Below, one piece after another: positions 35,585 to 44,862 of a stretch of DNA of 64,000 bases. The number at the start of each line of letters is the position of its first letter. Position 1 is the stretch's first letter. The position numbers and the translations under genes were made by a program. Below the pieces are notes generated by a model that had not been told where the DNA came from, did no database searches, and worked only from the letters and a program-made list of their open reading frames with translations. The stretch spans positions 4,500 through 68,499 of the forward strand of contig CACIBF010000003.1 in NCBI GenBank assembly GCA_902584815.1. The letters are read 5' to 3'. This DNA is from an uncultured Pelagibacteraceae bacterium (lineage in GTDB: Bacteria; Pseudomonadota; Alphaproteobacteria; Pelagibacterales; AG-422-B15).

Positions 35585-36820
35585 ATGACACTAATTGAAG
35601 AGCTCAAACAACGTGGCTTTATACATCAATGTACAAATGAAAAAGCATTAAGTGATTTACTAAATTCTGAGTCAATCAAATTTTATATTGGATTTGATTG
35701 TACAGCAAAATCTCTACATGTCGGTAGTCTAATTCAAATAATGATCATGCGTTTATTTCAAAAATATGGGCACCATCCTATTGTTTTGATTGGCAAGGGA
35801 ACAACTAAAATTGGTGATCCATCAGGAAAAGATGAAACAAGAAAAATTCTTTCTTCAAAAGATATAGATACCAATGCCTCAAATTTAGAAAAAGTATTTA
35901 ATAAATTCCTTGATTTCCAATCAAACAATAAAGCAATTTTAAGCGATAATTCTTTATGGCTTGATAAGCTAAATTATATAAATTTTTTAAGAGACTATGG
36001 AAAACATTTTACAATTAATAAGATGTTATCATTTGATAGTGTTAAAATAAGACTAGAAAGAGAACAATCACTCAGTTTTGTTGAGTTTAACTATATGATT
36101 TTTCAGGCTTATGATTTCCTTGAGCTCAATGAAAGAAGTGAATGTATTTTACAAATAGGAGGCTCAGATCAGTGGGGGAATATAGTAAATGGTATTGAAT
36201 TAATACGAAGATCAATTGGAAAAGAGTCTTTTGGCTTAACAACTCCTCTACTTACAAATGCAAACGGAGATAAAATGGGCAAAACTGCAGATGGTGCAAT
36301 TTGGTTAAATGAAGAGTTTTTTTCTTCATATGATTATTGGCAGTTCTGGAGAAATATAGATGATCGAGATGTCTTTCGTTTTTTAAAACTATTTACTGAT
36401 CTTCGGATCGATGAAATTGAAAAAATAGAAAGTGACTCAAAAAACGATATTAATTTAGCAAAAATTATTTTAGCAAACTATGCAACCACTCTTCTTCATG
36501 GAAAAGATGCCGCAAGTAAAGCTGAACAAACTGCTCAAGATACATTTAGTGGTGACAGTATTTCTGAGAACCTCCCAAAAATTTCTTTGTTAGAAAAAGA
36601 ATTTAAACAACCTGTATATATCTATGATCTGATTGTTAAAATTGGGTTTTCTAATTCAAAATCTGAAGCTAGAAAGCTTATTCGAGGACATGGGGTTAAG
36701 CTAAATCAATCTGTAGTTAAAGATGAACTCTATGAACTTTTATTAGAAGATGTTTCAGATAATAAGGCCATGATTAGTGTAGGTAAGAAAAAACACTTTA
36801 TAGTTGAGGTTACTCAATAG
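35585..36820 (+). CDS. tyrS: Tyrosine--tRNA ligase
   Basis: 411 aa. HIGH-type HVGSL, GGSDQWGNI, KMSKS-type KMGKT, C-terminal S4-like domain. Confidence 0.93.
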   Translation: MTLIEELKQRGFIHQCTNEKALSDLLNSESIKFYIGFDCTAKSLHVGSLIQIMIMRLFQKYGHHPIVLIGKGTTKIGDPSGKDETRKILSSKDIDTNASNLEKVFNKFLDFQSNNKAILSDNSLWLDKLNYINFLRDYGKHFTINKMLSFDSVKIRLEREQSLSFVEFNYMIFQAYDFLELNERSECILQIGGSDQWGNIVNGIELIRRSIGKESFGLTTPLLTNANGDKMGKTADGAIWLNEEFFSSYDYWQFWRNIDDRDVFRFLKLFTDLRIDEIEKIESDSKNDINLAKIILANYATTLLHGKDAASKAEQTAQDTFSGDSISENLPKISLLEKEFKQPVYIYDLIVKIGFSNSKSEARKLIRGHGVKLNQSVVKDELYELLLEDVSDNKAMISVGKKKHFIVEVTQ

Positions 36821-39143
36821 TTTCTAGGTAATCAGAAGCCCTTTCTAAGATTTGAGGCTTGGCTATTGAAAGAGGATTTGATGTAACCTCAGGATCAGAC
36901 GAATCTCCTTTCATTTCAAATTCAAAAGCAAACAATCCCTCGCCTTCTTCACCAACTAACAAATCTCCAATTATAGGAACTTTTTTTAAAAGTATGTTTA
37001 TTAAATGGATGGGACTAATTTCACCCTCAAAATTTAAACTTTTATCTTTTCTGTTGATGTCGCCTTCCATCACAAGTCCTATGCTGTCGCTTACACCAAA
37101 CATTTGAATTTTTGAAAAAGTGTCAGGATCTTCAAAGTAAGTCACTTCGCCATTTAAAAAGCTAATACCTTCTTCATCTTCAATTAAGTTTGAAATTCCT
37201 GATAAAGATGGAAGTGTTAAAAGTTTTAGGGCGGCAGGCGTATTAATTAAAGTAAATTCATTTAATCTTATTTCATTAAAAGATTTCTCTGAGTATGAAT
37301 CCCTTGTTGAATTAATATTAACATCACCTTTACTTAAAATTTTCTTAAATGGATGATTCTCACCAATAAATGAAATTATATCTGTTGATTTAATAAGACT
37401 TGTGTCGGTTTTTTCATCTTTTTCTCTTAAGTAATATAAATCATGTCCATTAGAAACCGCCTGCCCTTTTACTCGAAGTTTCTCTCGTTTCTGATTAATC
37501 GACATTAAAAAGTTATTTACGGATACAGATCCTTCTAAGATCGCAGTTTTTACTTCTATTTCATAATTTTCCTCATCAAAGAAAAATTTAGTTTTCTTCT
37601 TTCTTTCTACTTTTAATGCAGAAAGGTCTATCAAATCACCTGCAACTTTTCCATTAAAGACTCTTTTATGAATGTTGCCCGATAAAGATAGATTCATATT
37701 GCTAAAATTATTTAACAATAATTCTGAGACAATTATATTTCTATCCTTTGTCACCTCAATATCACTATTTATATAAATATTATCGTTACTTCTTAAATTA
37801 ATCTTTAGGGATTCATTCATCTCTGCATCAAAGTATAATTCTAAATTCTCACTTTTTGATTTTGTGAAATTAAATGGACGATAAAATATATCTAAATTAT
37901 TTAATAAAATTTTTCCTGATGATTTAAATTTTTCAAAAGATAAATCCTCAATATTAAGATTAAAAATGACTGAAGCAGATCCAATAATTTTAGATGGGTT
38001 ATTTTTTGAATTTGATTTTAAATTAATATTAATATTGTTTTCTGCCGTTATCTCTAAGTCAGAAATTGTTTCAAGAAATGGTTTTTCAAAATAATTTGAA
38101 GCGTTAAAACTAAAATTCAGGCTTTTTGTTTCTACTGGATTATTCTTTAGTATTCTCTTAAATGAATGAAAGGATTGATTATCAGTATTTATATCCATAG
38201 AGTCAAATAATTTAGATAATTTATATGAGCCATTAGTTTTAATATTAAAATCTGCTGTATTTAAATTTTTACTCAGTATTATCTGAGATCCATTCAAATT
38301 GAGATCTCCGTTTGTAAATAATTTAAAATGAATCTTATTGTATTTTTCTGAGAGTGAGGCCTCAACATTTACAGCAGCAACTCCAAGGTTACCTCCAAAT
38401 CCAATAGCTTCGCCCAGATTTAGTGTCTGCCCCAAATCAGGCAATAAATAACCAAAATTAACTATGCCTGACAAACTTATTGTTAAATTATTTTGCGAAT
38501 ACCTTTTGCTCAAATCTATTTCATCTTCAATAGTTATATCAGTCCAACTTTCGAATGACTCTAGTTCACTAGGAAGATGAAAAAGCGTAATTAATTCTAA
38601 GTTTTGATTTAAAGATTTTATATTGGCCTTAATTTCGAAAGTATCATTTATAAAAATTTTATTTTTATTTTTAATAATTAAATTTGAAGTATTGACTAAA
38701 TATAGGTCGGGTCCAAGTATTTTATGAAAAATAATCTCTTGATTGTTATCATTTGCAATAATATTGAAGGCAAATTCATAACTATAATTATTAGAAAAAT
38801 CTACAATAGTTTCAATATATAAATTCTGTTCTTTGAAAAGTAATTCTATTAACTTGAAATCAATTATAGAGCTATCAATTGTAATTTTATTTTTGAAAAA
38901 ATCTGTTCTGAGATCAATGTTATCAATCCTTAAATAAATACCTTTATTATTATTATATTTTAGATTGATACCACTTATATTTTCTACATTAATTTTAGAA
39001 TTAATTTCAATTCTTTCTATTATTTGCTGTTTAAAGTAATCGAGTGGCAGGCCCTTATTAAATAGTAAATAAAAGCTATATGAAAAAAATAAAATAAAAG
39101 TTAATAAAATGATTAAGATCAAATATTTAATTGTTTTATCCAT
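36810..39143 (-). CDS. Large membrane-anchored AsmA-like/DUF3971-like protein (YhdP/TamB-type)
   Basis: 777 aa. One N-terminal TM (YLILIILLTFILFFSYSFYLLF), a long N/S/I-rich beta-type body, and a C-terminal G.SSDPEVTSNPLSIAKPQIL resembling the AsmA_2/DUF3971 terminus. Low-complexity composition makes the call tentative. Confidence 0.45.
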   Translation of the reverse strand: MDKTIKYLILIILLTFILFFSYSFYLLFNKGLPLDYFKQQIIERIEINSKINVENISGINLKYNNNKGIYLRIDNIDLRTDFFKNKITIDSSIIDFKLIELLFKEQNLYIETIVDFSNNYSYEFAFNIIANDNNQEIIFHKILGPDLYLVNTSNLIIKNKNKIFINDTFEIKANIKSLNQNLELITLFHLPSELESFESWTDITIEDEIDLSKRYSQNNLTISLSGIVNFGYLLPDLGQTLNLGEAIGFGGNLGVAAVNVEASLSEKYNKIHFKLFTNGDLNLNGSQIILSKNLNTADFNIKTNGSYKLSKLFDSMDINTDNQSFHSFKRILKNNPVETKSLNFSFNASNYFEKPFLETISDLEITAENNININLKSNSKNNPSKIIGSASVIFNLNIEDLSFEKFKSSGKILLNNLDIFYRPFNFTKSKSENLELYFDAEMNESLKINLRSNDNIYINSDIEVTKDRNIIVSELLLNNFSNMNLSLSGNIHKRVFNGKVAGDLIDLSALKVERKKKTKFFFDEENYEIEVKTAILEGSVSVNNFLMSINQKREKLRVKGQAVSNGHDLYYLREKDEKTDTSLIKSTDIISFIGENHPFKKILSKGDVNINSTRDSYSEKSFNEIRLNEFTLINTPAALKLLTLPSLSGISNLIEDEEGISFLNGEVTYFEDPDTFSKIQMFGVSDSIGLVMEGDINRKDKSLNFEGEISPIHLINILLKKVPIIGDLLVGEEGEGLFAFEFEMKGDSSDPEVTSNPLSIAKPQILERASDYLETIE

Positions 39144-39145
39144 AT

Positions 39146-40235
39146 TTATTTTTTAAAATTTGACTTTATAAGCTTATCAATATCACCATCTAGAACCGCA
39201 TCAGGGTCAGGATCTTCAAAATTACTTCTTAAATCTTTTACCATACGATATGGATGAAGAACATAAGATCTTATTTGGTTGCCCCACCCAATCTCTGTTT
39301 TCTGATCTTCACTGGCTTTTCTTTCATCTTCTACTTTTTTTATCTCCAGTTCATATAATTTAGATTTTAGCAAATTCATTGCTGTTGCTTTATTTTTATG
39401 CTGAGATCTTTCATTTTGACATTGAACTACAATATTGGTTGGTAGGTGAGTAATTCTTATTGCGCTATCAGTTGTGTTAACATGCTGCCCTCCTGCCCCA
39501 GATGCTCTAAATGTATCAATACGTAAGTCTTTATCTAAAATTTCTATTTGAATGTCGTCATCAACATGAGGTGAAATCCAAACACTTGAAAAACTTGTAT
39601 GACGCCTTGAGTTTGAGTCAAACGGAGAGATTCTTACAAGTCTATGTATACCAGACTCTTTTTTTAAGTATCCAAATGCATAGTTACCTTCAATTAAAGC
39701 GGTACAAGATTTAATGCCAGCCTCATCTCCTATTGCTTCATGAATTAATTTAAACTTAAAATTATTTTTTTCTGCCCATCTCAAATACATTCTTGTCAAC
39801 ATCTGAGCCCAATCTTGACTTTCAGTTCCTCCGGCACCTGCATGAATTTCTATATAACAACTCTTATCATCTGCTTTGCCATTAAATTGTAATTTAAATT
39901 CTTCATCCTCGAGAATTGAAACTAATTCATGAAGCTCAATCTGACATGAGTTAAGAACTTCAGTATCATTTTCAATTACAGCTAATTCGAATAATTCTTT
40001 GATATCAGTATATCTTTTTCCAAATTCAATAATTTTTTTTAAGTTGCCCTCTAACTCAGATAATTGCTGCATTACTTTTTTTGCATAATCTTTATTAGAC
40101 CAGAAATCATCTTGTTCGCTTTTAAGCTTCAGCTCTTTAATTTGATTTTCAGAATCTTTTGTGTCAAAGGTGCCTCCTGATAGAGTCTAATTTATCAAAG
40201 GCAAGAGTTAATAAGTTTTTAATATCTGTTTCCAT
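39146..40235 (-). CDS. prfB: Peptide chain release factor 2, made by a programmed +1 frameshift (frame 0: 40235..40167; frame +1: 40165..39146)
   Basis: The track shows only the downstream 308-aa part. Hand translation upstream gives METDIKNLLTLAFDKLDSIRRHL followed by in-frame TGA. The +1 frame continues DTKDSENQIKELKLKSEQDDFWSNKDYAKKVMQQLSEL. SPF (RISPFDS) and GGQ (GAGGQHVNTTDSAIRITH) motifs are present. Confidence 0.93.
40163..40178 (-). promoter_or_regulatory. prfB: prfB +1 frameshift site: AGGAGG-CAC-CTT-TGA-C
   Basis: The minus strand reads AGGAGG (40178-40173), CAC, CTT (40169-40167), TGA (40166-40164), C (40163). That is an internal SD 3 nt before the slippery CUU UGA C, the same layout as the E. 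coli prfB site. Confidence 0.88.
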
Positions 40236-40239
40236 ATCA

Positions 40240-42645
40240 TCAATAAATTACAAATTCGTCATTACCCACTGTTTCATCAATTTGGATAATCTGAAATCCA
40301 TCTTTACCAACTAGTGTTTTTTTATTGGATAATAATTTATCATTTTTTCGATAAGCTTCATAGATAGTTTTACTGTTAATTTGATTCGATTTAATTTCTC
40401 CAGTATCAATATCAGTTCTAATCAACTCTATACCTTGAGGAATTTTGAATGGTATATTTCTTTTATCCAAATAATAATTTGAAATAAATTCTTTGAAAAT
40501 TGGCACCGCTACTGAGGATCCGGTTTCTGTCTTTCCAAGGCTTGATGGCTTATCAAAGCCCGCATAGACACCTACTATTATATCTGACGTAAACCCAATA
40601 AACCATGCATCGGTATTGCTGTTAGTCGTTCCTGTTTTACCAGCTATCTCTAATCCATTTATTTTAGTTCTTCGTCCAGTTCCTCTTTCTACTGCTCCTT
40701 GTAGCATGGAAACAATTTGAAAACTTTCAACAGAGTCAAAAATTTGTTTAAACGAACTTTTGAATTGGGGATTTGGTACTTCAGATAAAAAAGGCTGTTG
40801 ACACAATGCACATTCTCCAAAATTAAATTTGTAAACATTTTTTCCTCTTCTATCTTGTATTCTATCGATCATTACAGGCTCAACCTTTAGCCCCCCATTA
40901 GCAAATGATGAATAAGCAGACGTTAGATTTAATAAGGTTGTTTCACCTGCGCCCAATGACATTGAGAGCACTTCTGGCATATTATTCATAATTCCTGATC
41001 TATCAGCAATCTCACTGACTTTGTTCATGCCTAAGTATTGGGCGATTCTTATTGTCATTAAATTTCTTGAATTTTCAATTCCTTTACGCAAAGGTGTTGG
41101 TCCATAAAACTTCTTTCCATAATTTTCTGGTTTCCACTTGCCAAGTTTTTCACCTTGATCAACGACAAATGGAGCATCTAAGATTAATGAATTTGGTTTG
41201 AGTCCATTTTCTAGAGCTGATAGATAAACAAATGGCTTGAAAGCCGATCCTGGTTGACGTTTTGCTTGAGAGGCCCTATTAAAATTACTCAATTTAAAAT
41301 CAAAACCTCCCGATAAGGCTAGTACACGACCTGAATAAGGATCCATTACAACAATTGCACCATTTATTTTTGGAATCTGCTCAAGTATGAGGCGATTTTC
41401 TTTACCTATGGATATATAAATAATATCATTAATTTTAAAAACATCATTGGGATTGTTTATCTTAGGGCCAATGTAATAATCTGAAATATATTTCCTAGCC
41501 CATCTATAATTATCAATTGATATAATTGCATCATCATCAAAAAATTTTAATTTTGAGTTATCTATTTCAACAACAACATCTTTACCTGCAAATCTCTGAA
41601 CTCTTGCAAAGAAATAATCCTCAGGTATCTTAAAATTTTTTTTAGCATAATCTAACCAATTGTCTTGAGCATAATTAGCGATTACTCCTCTGTATCCATG
41701 TCTTTTATCGTAGCTTTTTAAACCTTTTTGAAGTGATTTAATTGCCATTGATTGAGATTCAGTATCTAAAGAAGTTCTTATCGATAATCCTCCTCCATAG
41801 AGATCAGCTTCATCAAATAAATCTATAACTCTTCTTCTAATTTCTTCTAAATAGTAATCAGATGTAAATTTGGATGCAAATCTTTTTATATTATAGTCAA
41901 TTGGTTTTTGAACTTCTAACTCATATATATCTTGCTTGATAAAATCATTTTTCAACATCCTTGCCAAAACCCAATTTCTTCTGTTTAAAGCTGTTTCATA
42001 ATTCTTAACAGGATGATAATTATTAGGAGCTTTGGGAAGAGCCGCAAGATAAGCTGAATCAGAAATACTTAATTCATGTAAATTTTTTGAAAAATACCTA
42101 TTTGATGCTGCTCCTACACCATATGCTCCTGACCCAAGATAAATTTGATTTAGATATAATTCTAAAATTCTATTTTTCTCAAGAGCGCTTTCAATCTTTA
42201 TAGCCAGTAAGGCTTCTTTAATCTTTCTAGATAGTGCAAGCTCATCACTAAAAAAAAAGTTTTTTGCAACTTGCTGGGTTATTGTTGATGCTCCTTGTGG
42301 TCTTTTATTAGTAAATATGTTAGCGGTATTATTAATTGCCGCTCGTAAGATCCCCATCAAATCAACTCCATAATGAGTATAAAAATTTTTATCTTCAGCT
42401 GCAATGAAAGCTAATTTTACATTTTCTGGAATATCTTCAATTGGAATAAATACTCTATACTCCCGCGAAAATTCTCTTATTAATTTTCCATCTGCAGCAT
42501 GAACTCGAGACATAACATTAGGCTTATAATTTTCTAAGCTCTCATAGTTAGGAAGAAGATTCAAAAAATAAATAATTGTAACGGCAAAACATATTGCTAG
42601 GAATATGGATGAATATATTGCTGACTTTAGTAACTTAATAATCAT
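40240..42645 (-). CDS. mrcA: Penicillin-binding protein 1A (bifunctional glycosyltransferase/transpeptidase)
   Basis: 801 aa. GT51 motifs EDKNFYTHYGVD, GASTITQQ, RKIKE. TPase motifs SAFKPF (SxxK), SRN, KTGTT. Confidence 0.92.
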   Translation of the reverse strand: MIIKLLKSAIYSSIFLAICFAVTIIYFLNLLPNYESLENYKPNVMSRVHAADGKLIREFSREYRVFIPIEDIPENVKLAFIAAEDKNFYTHYGVDLMGILRAAINNTANIFTNKRPQGASTITQQVAKNFFFSDELALSRKIKEALLAIKIESALEKNRILELYLNQIYLGSGAYGVGAASNRYFSKNLHELSISDSAYLAALPKAPNNYHPVKNYETALNRRNWVLARMLKNDFIKQDIYELEVQKPIDYNIKRFASKFTSDYYLEEIRRRVIDLFDEADLYGGGLSIRTSLDTESQSMAIKSLQKGLKSYDKRHGYRGVIANYAQDNWLDYAKKNFKIPEDYFFARVQRFAGKDVVVEIDNSKLKFFDDDAIISIDNYRWARKYISDYYIGPKINNPNDVFKINDIIYISIGKENRLILEQIPKINGAIVVMDPYSGRVLALSGGFDFKLSNFNRASQAKRQPGSAFKPFVYLSALENGLKPNSLILDAPFVVDQGEKLGKWKPENYGKKFYGPTPLRKGIENSRNLMTIRIAQYLGMNKVSEIADRSGIMNNMPEVLSMSLGAGETTLLNLTSAYSSFANGGLKVEPVMIDRIQDRRGKNVYKFNFGECALCQQPFLSEVPNPQFKSSFKQIFDSVESFQIVSMLQGAVERGTGRRTKINGLEIAGKTGTTNSNTDAWFIGFTSDIIVGVYAGFDKPSSLGKTETGSSVAVPIFKEFISNYYLDKRNIPFKIPQGIELIRTDIDTGEIKSNQINSKTIYEAYRKNDKLLSNKKTLVGKDGFQIIQIDETVGNDEFVIY

Positions 42646-42846
42646 TTTAAAAAAATTCTCATAAAATTATGGCCTGTATGTGTTGAAGGCATTCAAAAAA
42701 GCCTAGTTTTTCATACAATCTGATCATCATTATTTTTAATTTATTGATATCTCATGCAATACGTATATAAAAAAAATATCATATTCGTTTTAAAAAAACA
42801 TCAAAAGCAATGATTAAAATTTATCAACAAAAATATTCGTATTCTG

Positions 42847-42863
42847 GAGAGCTAAGTACTCTC
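42847..42863 (+). promoter_or_regulatory. Stem-loop in the rne 5' leader
   Basis: gagag (42847-42851) pairs with ctctc (42859-42863) across a 7-nt loop, 20 nt upstream of the rne ATG and within a 238-nt leader. The function is inferred only by analogy to rne autoregulatory leaders. Confidence 0.25.
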
Positions 42864-42883
42864 ATTTTGAAAGGTTTAAAAAA

Positions 42884-44851
42884 ATGTCAACTCAACTACT
42901 TATTGATGGATCACATAAAGATCAAGTACAAGTCGCTCTTGTTGAAGATCAAAAAATTAAGGATTTTGAATTTGAATCAAAATCTAAGAAGCATTTAAAA
43001 GGAAATATATATTTAGGTAAAGTCACTAGAATAGAAGCCTCGTTACAGGCAGCTTTTATAGATATTGGCTTTGAAAAAAATGGCTTTTTAGCATTTGGTG
43101 AAATTCATCCAAACTATTTTCAAATTCCAATAGCAGATAAAGAGGCTTTAATTGAAGCAGAGGCACAGGCTGAAATTGATCATTATGATGATGATGATAA
43201 TGAGCTTAAAAATGAAGATAGTGAAAATAGTCTAAATAATGAGGAAGAATCAAAAGATACAGATGAAATAGAAGCTTCACTGAAAAATAACGAAACAGAA
43301 TCAAGTTCAGAACAGGAAAACAATGAAAGCGATAATGAAGAACTTGTTCATACTGAGATTAAAAAAGAAGATACTTCAACTAAGAAAAAAAGAGCTTCAA
43401 AACCATCACTAAGAAGAAGGCTATTTAGATCGTATAAAATTCAAGAAGTTATTAAAACAGGTCAACTAATCCTTGTTCAAGTAGTAAAAGAAGAAAGAGG
43501 AAATAAGGGTGCGGCTGTTACATCTTATATTTCCCTTGCAGGTAAATACTCAGTGTTAATGCCAAATTCTACGAAAACTAAAGGTATTTCTAGAAAGATA
43601 TCTACTTCTGATGATCGAAATAAATTAAAAAAAATAATAAATGACTTAAAAGTCCCAAGTGAAATGGGACTTATTATTAGAACCGCAGGTTTAAATAAAA
43701 CAAAAAATGAAATTAAACGAGATTATACCTCTTTGTTTAAACTGTGGAATACAATCATTGAAGAAACTAAAAAGTCCATAGCTCCAGCACTGATACATGA
43801 AGAGGGGAATTTATTAAGACGCGTAATAAGAGATATTTACACAAAAGAAATGAAAGATGTACTTGTTGAAGGAACTGAGGCCTACAAAGAGACAAAAAAA
43901 TATATGTCTCAGATCATGCCCAGCTGCTCAAAATTTGTTAAATCATATAAAAACAAAACACCTCTATTTTCAAAACACAATGTTGATAAAGAAATATCAA
44001 AGATGTTTGAATCTGAAGTAAAGCTTAAATCTGGTGGATATTTAGTCATTAATCCAACCGAGGCTTTAGTTGCAATTGACGTTAACTCAGGAAGTGCAAT
44101 TAAAGAGCGAAACATTGAAAAAACTGCATTGAAAACAAACATGGAAGCTGCAGAAGAAATAGGAAAGCAAATAAAGATTAGAGATTTGTCAGGCTTAATC
44201 GTAATTGACTTTATTGATATGTATGAAATGCGTAATAATAGAAATGTAGAAAAAAAATTAAAAGAGTCAGTAAAATCTGATAGAGCAAGAATACAAGTTG
44301 GCAGAATTAGCCAATTTGGTCTACTTGAAATGTCACGCCAAAGGTTAAGGCAAAGCTTCATTGAATGGAGATCATCTCTCTCAATTAACTCTTCGGCACT
44401 AAAGGCAATATATTTATTAAAAAGTCATCTAAATTCATTAGACAAAAAAATTAATAAGGCTGAAGTTGAATTAAATACATCCGTAAAAGATTACATTAAC
44501 GATAATTTAACTGATGACATTGACTCATTAAAAAAAAATGGCTTGGATGTAATGTTAAAAGAAAATACAAGTCTTGAAAACGATGAAATAAAAATCATTA
44601 ATAGTAATCAAAAAATAAATAAGAAAAAATTAACTAGTAAAAAGAAGAAGGCTAATACTTCTGAGTCAACTCAGAGAAAGAAAAAGAAAGATGCCCAAAC
44701 TAAGAAAAAAATATCTAAGAAGGTAAAATTATCTGAGAAAAAAGAATCTGATAATTATATTGAACAAGCTAAACAAAAGACTGCTGAAGTTTTAGAAATA
44801 GCCCCATTAAAAGAAATACCAAACAAAAAAACAGGGTGGTGGTCTAAGTAA
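42884..44851 (+). CDS. rne: Ribonuclease E (short form)
   Basis: 655 aa. S1 domain GNIYLGKVTRIEASLQAAFIDIG interrupted by an acidic insert (about residues 95-180). Catalytic core GGYLVINPTEALVAIDVNSG, DFIDM, RISQFGLLEMSRQR. Lys-rich tail ending KKTGWWSK. Confidence 0.9.
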   Translation: MSTQLLIDGSHKDQVQVALVEDQKIKDFEFESKSKKHLKGNIYLGKVTRIEASLQAAFIDIGFEKNGFLAFGEIHPNYFQIPIADKEALIEAEAQAEIDHYDDDDNELKNEDSENSLNNEEESKDTDEIEASLKNNETESSSEQENNESDNEELVHTEIKKEDTSTKKKRASKPSLRRRLFRSYKIQEVIKTGQLILVQVVKEERGNKGAAVTSYISLAGKYSVLMPNSTKTKGISRKISTSDDRNKLKKIINDLKVPSEMGLIIRTAGLNKTKNEIKRDYTSLFKLWNTIIEETKKSIAPALIHEEGNLLRRVIRDIYTKEMKDVLVEGTEAYKETKKYMSQIMPSCSKFVKSYKNKTPLFSKHNVDKEISKMFESEVKLKSGGYLVINPTEALVAIDVNSGSAIKERNIEKTALKTNMEAAEEIGKQIKIRDLSGLIVIDFIDMYEMRNNRNVEKKLKESVKSDRARIQVGRISQFGLLEMSRQRLRQSFIEWRSSLSINSSALKAIYLLKSHLNSLDKKINKAEVELNTSVKDYINDNLTDDIDSLKKNGLDVMLKENTSLENDEIKIINSNQKINKKKLTSKKKKANTSESTQRKKKKDAQTKKKISKKVKLSEKKESDNYIEQAKQKTAEVLEIAPLKEIPNKKTGWWSK

Positions 44852-44862
44852 TTTAAAAGATA

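Noticed and set aside
42810-42998. A 62-aa plus-strand ORF overlapping the rne start region.
   Set aside because: It is out of frame with rne and runs into its conserved S1-domain coding sequence. The composition is non-protein-like. The rne start at 42884 gives the canonical MS.QLLID N-terminus.
43909-44361. A 150-aa minus-strand ORF inside rne. Similar long antisense ORFs occur inside pepA (60718-61140), the monooxygenase gene (4215-4550), the ligase gene (8346-8621, 9052-9390) and nrdJ (50171-50404, 51767-52036).
   Set aside because: All lie antisense to genes with unambiguous conserved motifs. Their translations are low-complexity, Ser/Phe/Ile-rich and typical of the complementary frame of AT-rich coding DNA.
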